Source: Thermoplasmata archaeon
Lineage (GTDB): Archaea > Thermoplasmatota > Thermoplasmata > GCA-020350865
Length of the DNA: 64,000 bases
Assembly: GCA_020348445.1 (NCBI GenBank)
Contig: CP070751.1
Coordinates: forward strand, 4,956,303-5,020,302
Direction: 5' to 3'
The notes under the pieces are model-generated. The model saw only the letters and a list, made by a program, of their open reading frames with translations, ran no database searches and was not told the DNA's origin. This document shows, piece after piece, positions 1 to 10,403 of the stretch; within the stretch, counting starts at the first letter, position 1; every line of letters begins with the position of its first letter. The translations under genes were made by a program, and so were the position numbers.

Positions 1-38
1 TATAAAGAGAGTAGGCTTTGATGAATCATCCACTATTG

Positions 39-3011
39 TTATTCATACCTCAAAACTTCTGCAGGTGCGACCCTGGAAGCTAAGGCTGATGGTGGTATCG
101 TCGAAAAAAGCGTCATCCCCAGTGTGATAAGAATAATTATGGCTATGCTTACACCTGGAACGATAAACTCGTAATTTTGGGCTTCAAACAATTTGAAGAA
201 AAGGTTAATCGAGACCACCAGTCCAAGAATCACTCCGATTAAGATTCCGAGAAATGATATATAAGTGGACTCGATAATGAATGCTACCATAACCTGCCGT
301 CTGTTAAATCCAATGGCCCTCATCATCCCAATTTGGGTGCGACGTTCATTAACCGACCGTAATGTGATTATACCAAGCCCTGCAATGCCCACGATCAATC
401 CCAATCCAAGATAAGCGTTGAGGATATTGAAGAAGGACACATTTGCTTCGATTTGTTCCTCGGCCTCTTTTTTGAAGTCCACACTCTGGGCACCGTAGGC
501 CAAAAATGAACGCTCCATATCTTGACGGACTACCAGATTGTCCCCGCTATCCTTGAGCTTGAAAAGTACAGTTCCCACCCCGGTTGCATTGTAATCTTCA
601 ACTAAAAATTCATCGTAGATGAATATTCCGTTGAGCGATTTGTCGGGATCGATAAATGTAACGAACGTGTCTATGAACCCGATTATTGTTACATTGCGTT
701 TTGAACCGTCTTTTAGTGTGACCTCCAGGGTTTCACCGAGCTCGAGAGGCAGGTAAGGGGGCGGACCGAATCCGGCTCCTGCAGTGCTGGAGTCTGCCAG
801 AACATATTCCCTGTTCTGTTTCATCGCGTTAAATGCCCTGTTTGGGTCACCATCAAAATCTGTAATCATTTTCGAAATTTTGAACCTGTTCTGCTCAATG
901 AAATGATCGTCTATTCCAATCACCGGATATTCTACCTGGTCTGAATCTAATATTAATGAATATCTGTTAAAGGTCACTTCGGTATTTTTAAGGGCAAAAT
1001 AATCTTCCACCAGCTCCACCGATTCTGTATCGGTGTAGATCACTTCAAAATCCTCCACAGGTTCCGACATTTTGACCATAAGATCGAAACCACCACTTGT
1101 CTCGTCAATTTGGGCTTCGAGATTTCCCCCGACAATGGCAAGTAGTATCGACATGAAGGTTATTATAAAGATTACAAGCGAGAACATAGCAATGGTCAAT
1201 CCGGTCCTGAACTTGGAGTCAAGAGAATATGAAAGTGCTGTGCGGGACACGGCTATGCAGCAGCCCACAGATGCAAATATTTTCTCGAAAAATCTAACTA
1301 CAATATTTGAGTTTACAATTAACAATAAAACGGTACCGGTCACCATCAATATACCTGCAAGCGCAAATGTGAAGAAATCTTCGGACAGGCCCAGCACCTT
1401 GTCGAACGGAAAGCTCCATAGCGTAATTACAAGTATCCCACTTGTACTGAACGCAATCCGGTCTTTGATATATCTTCTCAAGAAAAATGGTAAGGCAAAA
1501 AATAGAATTGATAACCCCAAGAACAGAGAAGTTGCCGAGCCTTCTTCTGAATCGTCGATCTCGCCGTTTTCATCGTTATCGATCCCGTCGATTAAGGGTG
1601 AAAGGCTCGTCATTATGATAAACAAAGCAAGGATCAGCACGAGCACCCCTATCTTCAAAGATTTTTTACCTCTTTTTGGTTCTGCCGGTTCTGGTAGGTT
1701 GCGAACGGCCCGGATTATGTTGACTTCGCTAATTTTACGCGTTGAGTAGTAAATTGTTAAAATGCTGATAATAAAACCCAGACAGAACGCCAAAAGCAAA
1801 GAATCAAAAGTGAATGTGAACGCTCTGAGAATGTCAGAGGAGGTGCCACCGGTAAAGGCATTTCCAATGGACCATACAATTAAGAACGCCACCAATATGC
1901 CGAAAATGGAACCCACTAGCGCGGCAATGCCGGCGTAGAGACTGCCTTCGTAAACGAACAAGCGTCTTAATTCCAATTTATTCATGCCGATTGCTCGGGT
2001 CATACCCATCTCGGAGCGCCGTTCTTCACCCAACATTATGAAGATATTTATTATTAAAATCACACTTGCGATTATCGTAAAGGAACCAAAGATCAATAAT
2101 AGGTCGGCAAAGAAAAAACCCTCTTCAAACACCTGGTCATATTCGGCCTTCTTGTCTCGGAGCTGGTATAATGGAAATCCCTGATAGCTTATATTGGCAT
2201 TATCGACAAGATCCTTGACCTTACCTGATTTTTCCATACCCGTAAGTTTATCTCCATGGTTCGAGATATGGATGCGGTTGATTTTATTCTCCAATCCCAG
2301 GAGTATCTGTAGGTCTTCTATATTGAGGTACAGCTCAACAGAAGAATAACCGCGATCTTTCAGATCAAGAACTCCCAAAACCGTGAAATTACCAGATCTG
2401 TTCAGATATGAAAATTTAAACCTGTCACCCGGGTCGGCATCAAGTTCTTCTGCTAGATCTTTATTAATAATTATATTATCATCTGGAATGGAACTTACCT
2501 TTTTACCATCAACAAATAGGTTGCCAAATTCATCACTTTTGTCCAGGTATATTCCAGCTACCTCTACCCGTGGTTCTACCAGCGTTTTGTCTATATTGAG
2601 AATGTTAACCTTTTTCCGCAGCTCGGGCTCCATTCCATCGATTGAATTGTCATCACCTATTTTGGTCTCTAAATCATAATAGATATCTATTGGAAAGTCC
2701 AGGGTTTCTTGACTGCCAGGTATTTGGAAAACGTAAACCTCATCAATACCCTGCAGGTCGTCGATTATATCTGAGGCTAAAAGTGTGTTAAAAGTGTCGC
2801 CAACTGTAAACGAAGACGAGATTATTGCGGTGCTTACCATTAACCCTATGATGATAATGACCGAGCTGCCTTTCTTTCTTGAGAAGTTACGGATTGCCAT
2901 TTTAAATAAGATTCGGTTTCTTATTGAGGATATAATTATCCATAATAAAATCAATATAAAGATTATTAAAAATATTAATGTCATCATATCCATAAGCCAA
3001 CTTCCCCTCAA
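39..3011 (-). CDS. ABC transporter permease, FtsX/MacB-like, duplicated architecture
   Basis: 990-aa ORF. Layout is N-terminal TM, long soluble stretch, TM cluster, second soluble stretch, C-terminal TM cluster, as in tandem MacB/FtsX permeases. 4-nt overlap (3008-3011) with the upstream ABC ATPase gene. Confidence 0.7.
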   Translation of the reverse strand: MRGSWLMDMMTLIFLIIFILILLWIIISSIRNRILFKMAIRNFSRKKGSSVIIIIGLMVSTAIISSSFTVGDTFNTLLASDIIDDLQGIDEVYVFQIPGSQETLDFPIDIYYDLETKIGDDNSIDGMEPELRKKVNILNIDKTLVEPRVEVAGIYLDKSDEFGNLFVDGKKVSSIPDDNIIINKDLAEELDADPGDRFKFSYLNRSGNFTVLGVLDLKDRGYSSVELYLNIEDLQILLGLENKINRIHISNHGDKLTGMEKSGKVKDLVDNANISYQGFPLYQLRDKKAEYDQVFEEGFFFADLLLIFGSFTIIASVILIINIFIMLGEERRSEMGMTRAIGMNKLELRRLFVYEGSLYAGIAALVGSIFGILVAFLIVWSIGNAFTGGTSSDILRAFTFTFDSLLLAFCLGFIISILTIYYSTRKISEVNIIRAVRNLPEPAEPKRGKKSLKIGVLVLILALFIIMTSLSPLIDGIDNDENGEIDDSEEGSATSLFLGLSILFFALPFFLRRYIKDRIAFSTSGILVITLWSFPFDKVLGLSEDFFTFALAGILMVTGTVLLLIVNSNIVVRFFEKIFASVGCCIAVSRTALSYSLDSKFRTGLTIAMFSLVIFIITFMSILLAIVGGNLEAQIDETSGGFDLMVKMSEPVEDFEVIYTDTESVELVEDYFALKNTEVTFNRYSLILDSDQVEYPVIGIDDHFIEQNRFKISKMITDFDGDPNRAFNAMKQNREYVLADSSTAGAGFGPPPYLPLELGETLEVTLKDGSKRNVTIIGFIDTFVTFIDPDKSLNGIFIYDEFLVEDYNATGVGTVLFKLKDSGDNLVVRQDMERSFLAYGAQSVDFKKEAEEQIEANVSFFNILNAYLGLGLIVGIAGLGIITLRSVNERRTQIGMMRAIGFNRRQVMVAFIIESTYISFLGILIGVILGLVVSINLFFKLFEAQNYEFIVPGVSIAIIILITLGMTLFSTIPPSALASRVAPAEVLRYE

Positions 3012-3757
3012 TCATTTTCAAAGAAACGTTTATCTGTATAAGCCTCGGGGCAATCGAAATTATAGTCCTTGTTTCGAATATCGGATTCTATCTGGCCGTC
3101 TTTCATGGTGATTTTGCGCGGTACATTTTTTCCGACATTTGGGTCATGGGTTACGATAAGGAATGTTATCCCTTCGCAGCGGTTCAGGTTCATTAAAAGT
3201 TCCATGATTTCTTCACTGTTTTTGGAATCCAGATCGCCTGTGGGTTCATCGGCAAAGACTATTGCCGGAGTATTGGCTAAGGCACGGGCAACCGTGACCC
3301 GCTGGCGTTGGCCACCGGAAAGTTCTGCAGGTTTGTGGGTGGCCCAATCTTTTAAACCCACCAGCTCTAGCATTTTAAGTGCAATTTTTCTTGCTTCTTT
3401 TTGAGATTTTTTCGCCAGAAGTAAGGGAAGTTCGACATTCTCCTGGGCGGATAGCACAGGTAGTAAATTGTAAAATTGAAATACAAATCCAATATTGCGG
3501 GCTCGGTACGCGGATTTTTCTAAATCGTTCAAATTCGCTATATCCTTTCCATCGATTTTAATCTCACCTTCGGTTACATCATCGATACCTGAAAGACAAT
3601 TAAGAAGCGTGGTTTTACCGCAGCCTGAAGGTCCCATAACCGCTACCATTTCACCCTGGATTATATCTAACGAAATGCCGTTAAGAGCAGTGACTTTGAC
3701 GTCCCCTGTGTCGTAAATCTTAACTACATCCTTTGTAGAAATTATTGTTTTTGACAT
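3008..3757 (-). CDS. ABC transporter ATP-binding protein (MacB/LolD-like)
   Basis: Walker A 'GPSGCGKTT', ABC signature 'LSGGQRQRV', Walker B 'VFADEPTGDLD', H-loop 'VTHD'. Confidence 0.9.
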   Translation of the reverse strand: MSKTIISTKDVVKIYDTGDVKVTALNGISLDIIQGEMVAVMGPSGCGKTTLLNCLSGIDDVTEGEIKIDGKDIANLNDLEKSAYRARNIGFVFQFYNLLPVLSAQENVELPLLLAKKSQKEARKIALKMLELVGLKDWATHKPAELSGGQRQRVTVARALANTPAIVFADEPTGDLDSKNSEEIMELLMNLNRCEGITFLIVTHDPNVGKNVPRKITMKDGQIESDIRNKDYNFDCPEAYTDKRFFEND

Positions 3758-3775
3758 GACGCTTCTTATAATAAA

Positions 3776-3788
3776 TAGATATATAAAT
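3776..3788 (-). promoter_or_regulatory. Candidate archaeal TATA box for the ABC operon (near-leaderless)
   Basis: Minus strand reads 'ATTTATATATCTA' about 20-30 nt upstream of the ATG at 3757. No SD-like motif lies in between. Confidence 0.3.
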
Positions 3789-3950
3789 GTTTGTTACTCC
3801 ATTAAGGAAATTATAATACATTTTCGAAAATCCACGGTGATCGGATTTGGTAAGGCATGTGAACCAACAAAATTGTATATAAGAAAATAAACTATTTTCA
3901 TACATAAATTAAAATTAGTAGAATACTAATAAGGTAATATCCCCTTAAAT

Positions 3951-4450
3951 ATGAAGGATGTAGCCAGGGAATCCTTCAGAGTTCTGAAACCGGACCACTT
4001 CTGCGCGATTCTCATAGGAGACACCAGGAGGAACCTGCACTATGTGCCTGTTGCGTTTAGGACTCTCCAGTCTTTCTTGGAGGTTGGGTTTATTCTGAGA
4101 GAGGACATTATAAAACATCAGTGGCAGTGCAAATACTGATATAATATCCGCCGAGGGAGCAGGTGCAAGCGAGTTTCTTTTTGACCCATTTTTTTCTTTG
4201 GAGCTTGCACCATGGTGGCGGATAGAATTTGAACGAATATTATGCCTATCCTCCACTATGTAGTGGAAAACATATTTAGTATCATGAGCAATGTTTTCCA
4301 CAACAGCGGACCGAGGCGTAAAGAAAAAAACGGTGGGTGAAGAAGTCCATGGAGAGCAACTTTTTGATGATTATGCATGAACATCTGTTTGTGTTTCGTA
4401 AGCCAAAAGAAGGAGAAAAAACCAAGAAATTTAAAGAAAGTATGGCTTGA
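3951..4450 (+). pseudogene. 5'-truncated, multiply frameshifted C-terminal remnant of a DNA (N4/N6) methyltransferase
   Basis: Frame 1 gives 'ESFRVLKPDHFCAILIGD...', paralleling 'EMYRVLKNGKYCVIVIGN' in the intact methyltransferase at 45141-46481. After stops and frame changes, a third frame ends 'MHEHLFVFRKPKEGEKTKKFKESMA*' (4367-4450), compare 'ENILIFRKQV*' in the intact gene. No FxGxG or SPPY motifs are found upstream. Confidence 0.6.
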
Positions 4451-4517
4451 AAAGCATATTTCCCCTACGACATATACCGAAAAGCATATATATAACCTTT
4501 TTGTATTTTGTCATCAT

Positions 4518-5450
4518 ATGAAATTAAATAAAAATCAAATAAAGATACTTCGGCTGCTATCGGAGAAAGGATACGGGAGTGTAAGCTCTCTTGCAAAAGT
4601 CCTCAAGCTCAGCCCCTCTCGAACAGATGTACTTCTAAAAGATCTACAGGATCTGGGGCTGGTGGAAATGAAAAGAAGCGGCAAGGCCGTTGAGGTTCAC
4701 ACGAGCATAAACAAACATGCCAAGGCATTTAGAAGATTGGTCACATTAAATCCCCATCTAAGGTACGAGACAATTTTGACAAATCAAAGAATCAATATCT
4801 TGATATCGCTTCTAAGATCCCCAATGACGAAGGGTGATATCTCCTTGGAATTGGATGTGTCTGAAAGGACCATCGAACGTGCACTCTCCTCCTTGATGGA
4901 AAACGGAATTATAATTTCTGAGGGGAGAGCGTTGAAAATCAATCCTCAACATTATGATCTTATGGAGTTTATAAGGGAATTCATCTCGTATGTGAACGTT
5001 AAAATCGCAGGTTCAGAGACGATCATAATCTGGGAATATTTGGATGAATTCATAGTAGAGACGAAAGGGCCTTTGAAACGGCCTGGATTTCTTCTCACGG
5101 GATTTCAGGCACTTGAAGATTTTGGTGTTCCTTTGATCGTAGGTGATTCAAGGCAGTACCTTTACTCTCCTCATAAAATCATCCTAAGGGTAGAGGATGT
5201 GTGTCTACATATAATGATGATAAATCCTCGGAGTATACGGGCCATAACCTACATTGTAATGGCGACTTTGAAGAATAAAGAAATTTGGAATTGGGGATAC
5301 ATGGAATCGGAATCAAAAACATATAATGTTGAGAAAATGATCCGTAGGCTGAAAAAGTTCATCAAGACAAAAGGTAAGGAGAAACCCGAAGATTTTCCAT
5401 CCTGGAAGGAAATAAAAGAGAAAGCAAAAGAGTATGGTATTCATGGCTAG
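4518..5450 (+). CDS. Double winged-helix regulator with C-terminal domain (AbiEi-like antitoxin candidate)
   Basis: Two wHTH-like segments: 'ILRLLSEKGYGSVSSLAKVLKLSPSRTDVLLKDLQDLGLVE' and 'ILISLLRSPMTKGDISLELDVSERTIERALSSLMENGII'. The ATG at 4518 is preferred, because the longer ORF from 4377 runs through the methyltransferase remnant. Overlaps the downstream nucleotidyltransferase gene. Confidence 0.55.
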   Translation: MKLNKNQIKILRLLSEKGYGSVSSLAKVLKLSPSRTDVLLKDLQDLGLVEMKRSGKAVEVHTSINKHAKAFRRLVTLNPHLRYETILTNQRINILISLLRSPMTKGDISLELDVSERTIERALSSLMENGIIISEGRALKINPQHYDLMEFIREFISYVNVKIAGSETIIIWEYLDEFIVETKGPLKRPGFLLTGFQALEDFGVPLIVGDSRQYLYSPHKIILRVEDVCLHIMMINPRSIRAITYIVMATLKNKEIWNWGYMESESKTYNVEKMIRRLKKFIKTKGKEKPEDFPSWKEIKEKAKEYGIHG

Positions 5451-6279
5451 ACGGAAATTCAATTTAAAATACATAGAGAACGAATTAAAGAATATAGGAA
5501 AACGTATTCCAAAGAAGGTAAAAGTAGTTCTGATTGGCGGTGCCAATATGATGTACCGCGGTCTTAAAGCGGCAACCAAAGATGTAGATCTAGTGATCAT
5601 GGATCCCAATGATCTGAAGTTGTTCTCAGAAGCTCTATTTGACTTGGGCTATTTTGAAGTAAAACATCTTTCTAAGGAATATACCAATCTTGGTGCATCT
5701 TCAGTAATGCGAAATGAAGATGGATTTCAATATGACATCTTCTACAAACAGGTGTGCAATGCACTTATCATAACTCCGAGAATAATAAAGAGGGCAGAAA
5801 AATTTGGTCAATTTAAAAACCTAACTGTTTCGTTAATGTCCCCTGAGGACGTGTTCCTTTTTAAAGGGATCACAGAAAGATCAGCAGATTTAGAAGACAT
5901 GAGAATCCTTGTGGAGCAAGGATTGGACTGGGAAATAATATTGGATGAATGCCAAAAACAGGAAGGGGAAAGAATATGGGAAGCTTTTTTACATCTGAAA
6001 TTAGAAGAACTTCAAGATAAATACAGAATCCGTACACCAATAACGGGGAAATTAAGACAAATATCCGAGTATAGACTTTTGAGGGATATGATTACATCAT
6101 TTCTTGGTGATGAAAGAACATACAAGGAGCTATCGGATTATATCCAAGAAAAATTGCATTGTTCTGATTCCTGGATCAGAAAACATATCTCAACCATGTT
6201 AAAGGAAGGCTTAATCCAGAGAAAGAGACATGGTAGGACTTTCATTTACTACCGTGAAAATCCCATAAAAAAAGATTAA
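5434..6279 (+). CDS. Minimal nucleotidyltransferase-fold protein with C-terminal wHTH (AbiEii/DUF6036-like toxin candidate)
   Basis: 'VVLIGGANMMYRGLKAATKDVDLVI' fits the G[GS]-x(9-13)-D-x-D nucleotidyltransferase motif. 'PEDVFLFKGITERSADLEDM' is also typical of this fold. The C-terminus 'YKELSDYIQEKLHCSDSWIRKHISTMLKEGLIQRKRHGR' looks like a wHTH. 8-17 nt overlap with the upstream gene. Confidence 0.5.
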   Translation: MVFMARRKFNLKYIENELKNIGKRIPKKVKVVLIGGANMMYRGLKAATKDVDLVIMDPNDLKLFSEALFDLGYFEVKHLSKEYTNLGASSVMRNEDGFQYDIFYKQVCNALIITPRIIKRAEKFGQFKNLTVSLMSPEDVFLFKGITERSADLEDMRILVEQGLDWEIILDECQKQEGERIWEAFLHLKLEELQDKYRIRTPITGKLRQISEYRLLRDMITSFLGDERTYKELSDYIQEKLHCSDSWIRKHISTMLKEGLIQRKRHGRTFIYYRENPIKKD

Positions 6280-6441
6280 GCAGAAAATAAGATTATATCA
6301 CAACCTGGTCCTTCCCTAAAAGGGGTAACTGGGCAACTGAGCCCCAGAAATCCCCAGAAACATCATACTCAGATATTCAGAGCCAGGCAATCTCGTTTTG
6401 GATCAGATGTGCGGCTCCAAGCACCAGAATAAAGCCCTAGC

Positions 6442-7764
6442 CTAGCTGCGGCCTAAAAGCCATTTCCATAAGGGGATGTACTCTATATTCTTGCCCTTGA
6501 CTCTCTCCTTTTCTTCGTAATCCCATGTGATGATCTTAAGCTTTTTACATCCCAATTCATCACTTGCTTTGATCAAAGCCGAAGTTTCCCTCGCCTTTGT
6601 TGTGTAGTCCTCGATATCGTAGCATACCTGGACAAGCTCCATTACTCTTTCCCCTTTCTTTACTATGAAATCCACTTCCTTACCACCTGCGTCCTTCCAG
6701 TAAAAGAACTCAAGCAAAGGCGATGCGGATCTTCTTCTGAGCAGTTCTATTGCCACTGTATTTTCCATAAGCCGCCCTATGTTCTGAGAAAATCTTACTC
6801 CCATCTGGGCTGCATATCCATTATCTATCTGGTAGACCTTTGGAAGACTCTGTTCCATCTTCCTAATGGAATGGCTGAACCTCCGAACCGCAATCACAGC
6901 AAAGGCATCCTCATAGTGCTGAAAATATTCATAGAGGGTGTTTTTGCTCACCGCAATTCCCTGGGATTTGAGAAAGTTATAGAATTTATGGACTGAGAAT
7001 TCTTTTGAGAAAGAACTGTGAATAGCACCAAACAGCATTCGCAAAACCTTGATGTTTTTCACTTTGTGTCTTTCTACCACATCCCTCATCAGCAATACTT
7101 CGACATATTCTTTTAGCGTCCTCACCTTCGAGTCCTCATTTTCGTCTAATACGACCTCTGGAAATCCACCAAACTTCACAAACTCATTAAGATATTTCAT
7201 TATCCATGTCCTTTTTTCAGATGACAGATGTTTTTCCAATTCCGTGCCTTTAGCCCTTAAAAACTCGGGAAAGGAGAAGGGTAAAATCACAAAAGATGTC
7301 GCTCGACCTCTCATGGTTGTGGCGATTTCCTTTGCCAAAAGTTTCGAAGAGGACCCGGTGATGTAAACCTGCACGTTCTCATTATCAAGTACTCTCCTTA
7401 CAAACAGCTCCCACTTGTCTACGTTCTGGATCTCATCTAGGAACAAGTAAAGTGTCTTTTTGCGGTTTTGAGGGTAGATTTCATAATAGGTGTCAAGAAG
7501 TCGTCCTAGGCCATCCAAATTGAGGGGCAGTAATCTATCATCTTCTAGGTTCACATAGAGCATTTCAGTCCGATTGACATTTCTCAATCTCAGCATGTTA
7601 TTAAAAAGAAAATAGGTCTTTCCTGCCCGTCTTGGACCTATAATAGTGATAGCCTTCTTTGTAGATGGTGGTTTCAAAGAAAGATCCCTATCTATAAGAT
7701 CGGGTAGAGACCTTTCATGAAAATCCTTTATCAGTTCTACAGCTATATCCTTCTTCACGAGCAT
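6442..7764 (-). CDS. AAA+ ATPase, COG1373/DUF4143-type
   Basis: Walker A 'GPRRAGKTY', Walker B 'LFLDEIQ'; about 440 aa with the C-terminal region typical of this archaeal ATPase family. Confidence 0.75.
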   Translation of the reverse strand: MLVKKDIAVELIKDFHERSLPDLIDRDLSLKPPSTKKAITIIGPRRAGKTYFLFNNMLRLRNVNRTEMLYVNLEDDRLLPLNLDGLGRLLDTYYEIYPQNRKKTLYLFLDEIQNVDKWELFVRRVLDNENVQVYITGSSSKLLAKEIATTMRGRATSFVILPFSFPEFLRAKGTELEKHLSSEKRTWIMKYLNEFVKFGGFPEVVLDENEDSKVRTLKEYVEVLLMRDVVERHKVKNIKVLRMLFGAIHSSFSKEFSVHKFYNFLKSQGIAVSKNTLYEYFQHYEDAFAVIAVRRFSHSIRKMEQSLPKVYQIDNGYAAQMGVRFSQNIGRLMENTVAIELLRRRSASPLLEFFYWKDAGGKEVDFIVKKGERVMELVQVCYDIEDYTTKARETSALIKASDELGCKKLKIITWDYEEKERVKGKNIEYIPLWKWLLGRS

Positions 7765-7928
7765 AGTGTATAGGGAAACTATTTATAAATGTTTCCTTCC
7801 ATATAATACTGCTAGAACATTATAACTTTATATATTTTTTAATCTAAAACACCTTAATTTTGTTCACTTATATACTACAGACTTCACTTTTATAATTCCA
7901 ACCTTTAATGTACACATAATAGGGTGAT

Positions 7929-7967
7929 GGGGAGAAAACCAAGAAACTTAAAGAAAGCATGGCTTGA
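7929..7967 (+). repeat. Methyltransferase 3'-end repeat, copy 2
   Basis: 'GATGGGGAGAAAACCAAGAAACTTAAAGAAAGCATGGCTTGA' translates to 'DGEKTKKLKESMA*'. This is near-identical to 4411-4450 ('EGEKTKKFKESMA*'). Confidence 0.7.
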
Positions 7968-8115
7968 TTTTTGGCTATACCCTTTAAAAATTAGGGTGTT
8001 TTCTAAAATCCCAAATCCGGGCGCTATCTCCAGCAAATTGTATTGGAAATATGAGTGATAAACTGCCAAATCCAAGAACCAAATTCGTGTAATTAAATGA
8101 GAATTTCTAATACTG

Positions 8116-9381
8116 TTAGGCTTTCCTTCTTATTATGGATGGATTCAAAAGAAGTTTCCAGGCGGGCACGAAGATCACAAGACCGTGCTCTGTTTTCATC
8201 CTCTCCTCCCTGTTCTTGGATATCACGAATCCAAATTTGGTGTTGAACTTTCTCATAAACTCCGAAAGGCCCTTCAAATCGGATCTTATTATCTTATCTT
8301 GATATTTCACTTCCAAAGAAATTCCGTCTACAACGGCGTCAACCTCTCGCCTGTTCCTCCAGAAGGCCTGGGTACCAACCGTATTTATCACTGCATTTTC
8401 AACCATTCTCCCTAAAAACGCATCGTCGATTTGGGGTTTGAATGCAGAGATTATCCCGCAATCCAATAGATAGGCTTTCTTGTTCTTTCTAAGCGAAGCG
8501 GTACCTTTTCTGTAATTACCCACGAGCCTTATAAGGAAACTCTCTTTCAACCACATGACATACTCTTTTATGGTCCTTCTGTCACTATCAAATTGCTCAG
8601 CGAGCGACTGATAGCTAAGATCCATACCTGGATTTATTGCCATTGCCGCAAGAAGTTGATGAAGCAGCTCGACATTTCTTATTCCCGAGATCGTAGGAAC
8701 GTCCTTATAGACTATTTTATCAATTACACTGGATCTGATGTACCTTGCCACCTCTTTCATATTTGTCTCATTGACCATCTCAGGAAATCCGCCTTTATTT
8801 ACATATTCCATGAACATGGGCTTTATCCTGGGTGCATAGGGTTTCGGTTTGATTCCTTTTAAATCCAGAAATTCCGAAAATGATAGTGTAGGCAGATAAA
8901 ATTCATGGATTCGTCCTGCCAATGTTTCTTTGGATAGTTTCCCCACGAACAGGCTCTCAGATCCGCTGATTACGAATTTTAATTTTGGATAGAGATCGTA
9001 GTACTTCTTTATCTGATTCTCCCAGTCCTTTAATTTCTGCACCTCGTCCATAAAAAGATATATCCTCTCTTTTCTGAGATTTATGGCATGTATTTCCCTG
9101 TAAGTGTCTATCACATCATCCAATCCCTCAACCATTTCGTCAAAAGAAAAGTAAACGATATTTTGCGCTTTTGTTTCTTCCTTCAGTAAATTGTCTATCA
9201 CTTGATACATGATCGTTGTCTTTCCTGTTCTCCTCAAACCCGTAATTGAAAGTATGTGGCGTTTTTTAACGTTCTTGACAACAGATGAAAAAAGATGCCT
9301 CTTATAATCCATTAAAAGATCCCTGGGGGCCTCCTCAGTATACCACCATTCATTGAACTCTTCAAGAATCTCTTTCCTCAT
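8116..9381 (-). CDS. AAA+ ATPase, COG1373/DUF4143-type (paralogue of 6442-7764)
   Basis: Walker A 'GLRRTGKTT', Walker B 'LFMDEVQ'; same length class and layout as the neighbour. Confidence 0.75.
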   Translation of the reverse strand: MRKEILEEFNEWWYTEEAPRDLLMDYKRHLFSSVVKNVKKRHILSITGLRRTGKTTIMYQVIDNLLKEETKAQNIVYFSFDEMVEGLDDVIDTYREIHAINLRKERIYLFMDEVQKLKDWENQIKKYYDLYPKLKFVISGSESLFVGKLSKETLAGRIHEFYLPTLSFSEFLDLKGIKPKPYAPRIKPMFMEYVNKGGFPEMVNETNMKEVARYIRSSVIDKIVYKDVPTISGIRNVELLHQLLAAMAINPGMDLSYQSLAEQFDSDRRTIKEYVMWLKESFLIRLVGNYRKGTASLRKNKKAYLLDCGIISAFKPQIDDAFLGRMVENAVINTVGTQAFWRNRREVDAVVDGISLEVKYQDKIIRSDLKGLSEFMRKFNTKFGFVISKNREERMKTEHGLVIFVPAWKLLLNPSIIRRKA

Positions 9382-9605
9382 AGATGTACAGTATGATGTA
9401 CATATATTTAACTTTTATGTACATTATAATGGACGATTAAAACCTTTGCAGAAGGTTTTATCTTTGAGGAATATGGTATTTTTAAACCTTTTCTAGCTTA
9501 TATGTTTTTGTAGTTAATATATAACTAACCTATAACTATCTCTACTCCCCACTCATATTATGATCGGCTGTGGCCCAGCTAATAATAGTTTTTCTAAAAA
9601 AATGT

Positions 9606-10403
9606 TCAATTCACATACTCCAAGGTCCACACATCAGTCACTCCAGTATAGTGGATCCAAAGACCCTGCCCGGGTCGTAATAGGTTGAGGTTGTCAGAGG
9701 TGTAAGAACCAGGGTCCCAGCTTTCCCATAAACCAGAACTCGCATTGTACCACATAACCATGTCCACGTCCACAGGTAAACCTGAGGAATCTGGCGGTCT
9801 CTCTATCAAGGATGGATAACCAACGAAGTTCCAACCATAATTTAACGTGATCTTGTTGACATATCCGGTTTCAGGGCCAGTGCCATCGACATATAATGTA
9901 GTTCCCAATGGATTGGTTATGTGAATCCATAACCCCATGTGTTTGTCAACATCTGTTAAATCGTTTAGCGAGGATGGTTTCTTAATATGATAGTGTTTCC
10001 AGGGGTCAACTGGATCGGCGATATCAAACCACTGCACTGTGTCATAATCTCCTGATATGTTCTCCAATGCCTTTCCAAGATTCGTTTCGGTCCGATTTAG
10101 AGGCAAAGAAATCATATTCCAGCCTAGCTCTAAATCTATGGGAAATTTCGTCGTGAAGGTAAAATCTCTGCTTATACTATAATTTATAGAATCATTGTAT
10201 GAGGTGATTCTGAAGTGATACAGTCTACCCGGTTCAAGATCGATCAGGTTATAACTATGAAGGATTTTCATGTTGTTGTCCTGAAATGTGAAGCCGTAAG
10301 CTGTGGTCAAACCATACTCGAGAGTGCTATTAGCGGGTCTATTGCTTCTCCATATAATGGTTGCCTTTGTATCTGTGATGTCATGCACTTGAATATTAAA
10401 GAT
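9606..10403 (-). repeat. Conserved FN3 + C-terminal-domain cassette, copy A
   Basis: The 3' 800 nt are homologous at nucleotide and protein level to 14369-15166, 17337-18134 and 22508-23305. All four end in '...GLW[IV]HYTG.TDVW[ST]LEYVN*'. Confidence 0.85.

Noticed and set aside
1072-1749. 225-aa plus-strand ORF, with several smaller ones at 1984-3111, inside the permease gene
   Set aside because: These are antisense shadow ORFs of a well-supported 990-aa membrane-protein gene. They are low-complexity with no motifs.
3945-4301. 118-aa minus-strand ORF
   Set aside because: It lies antisense to the methyltransferase remnant, has no motif, and is most simply explained as a chance ORF in decaying DNA.
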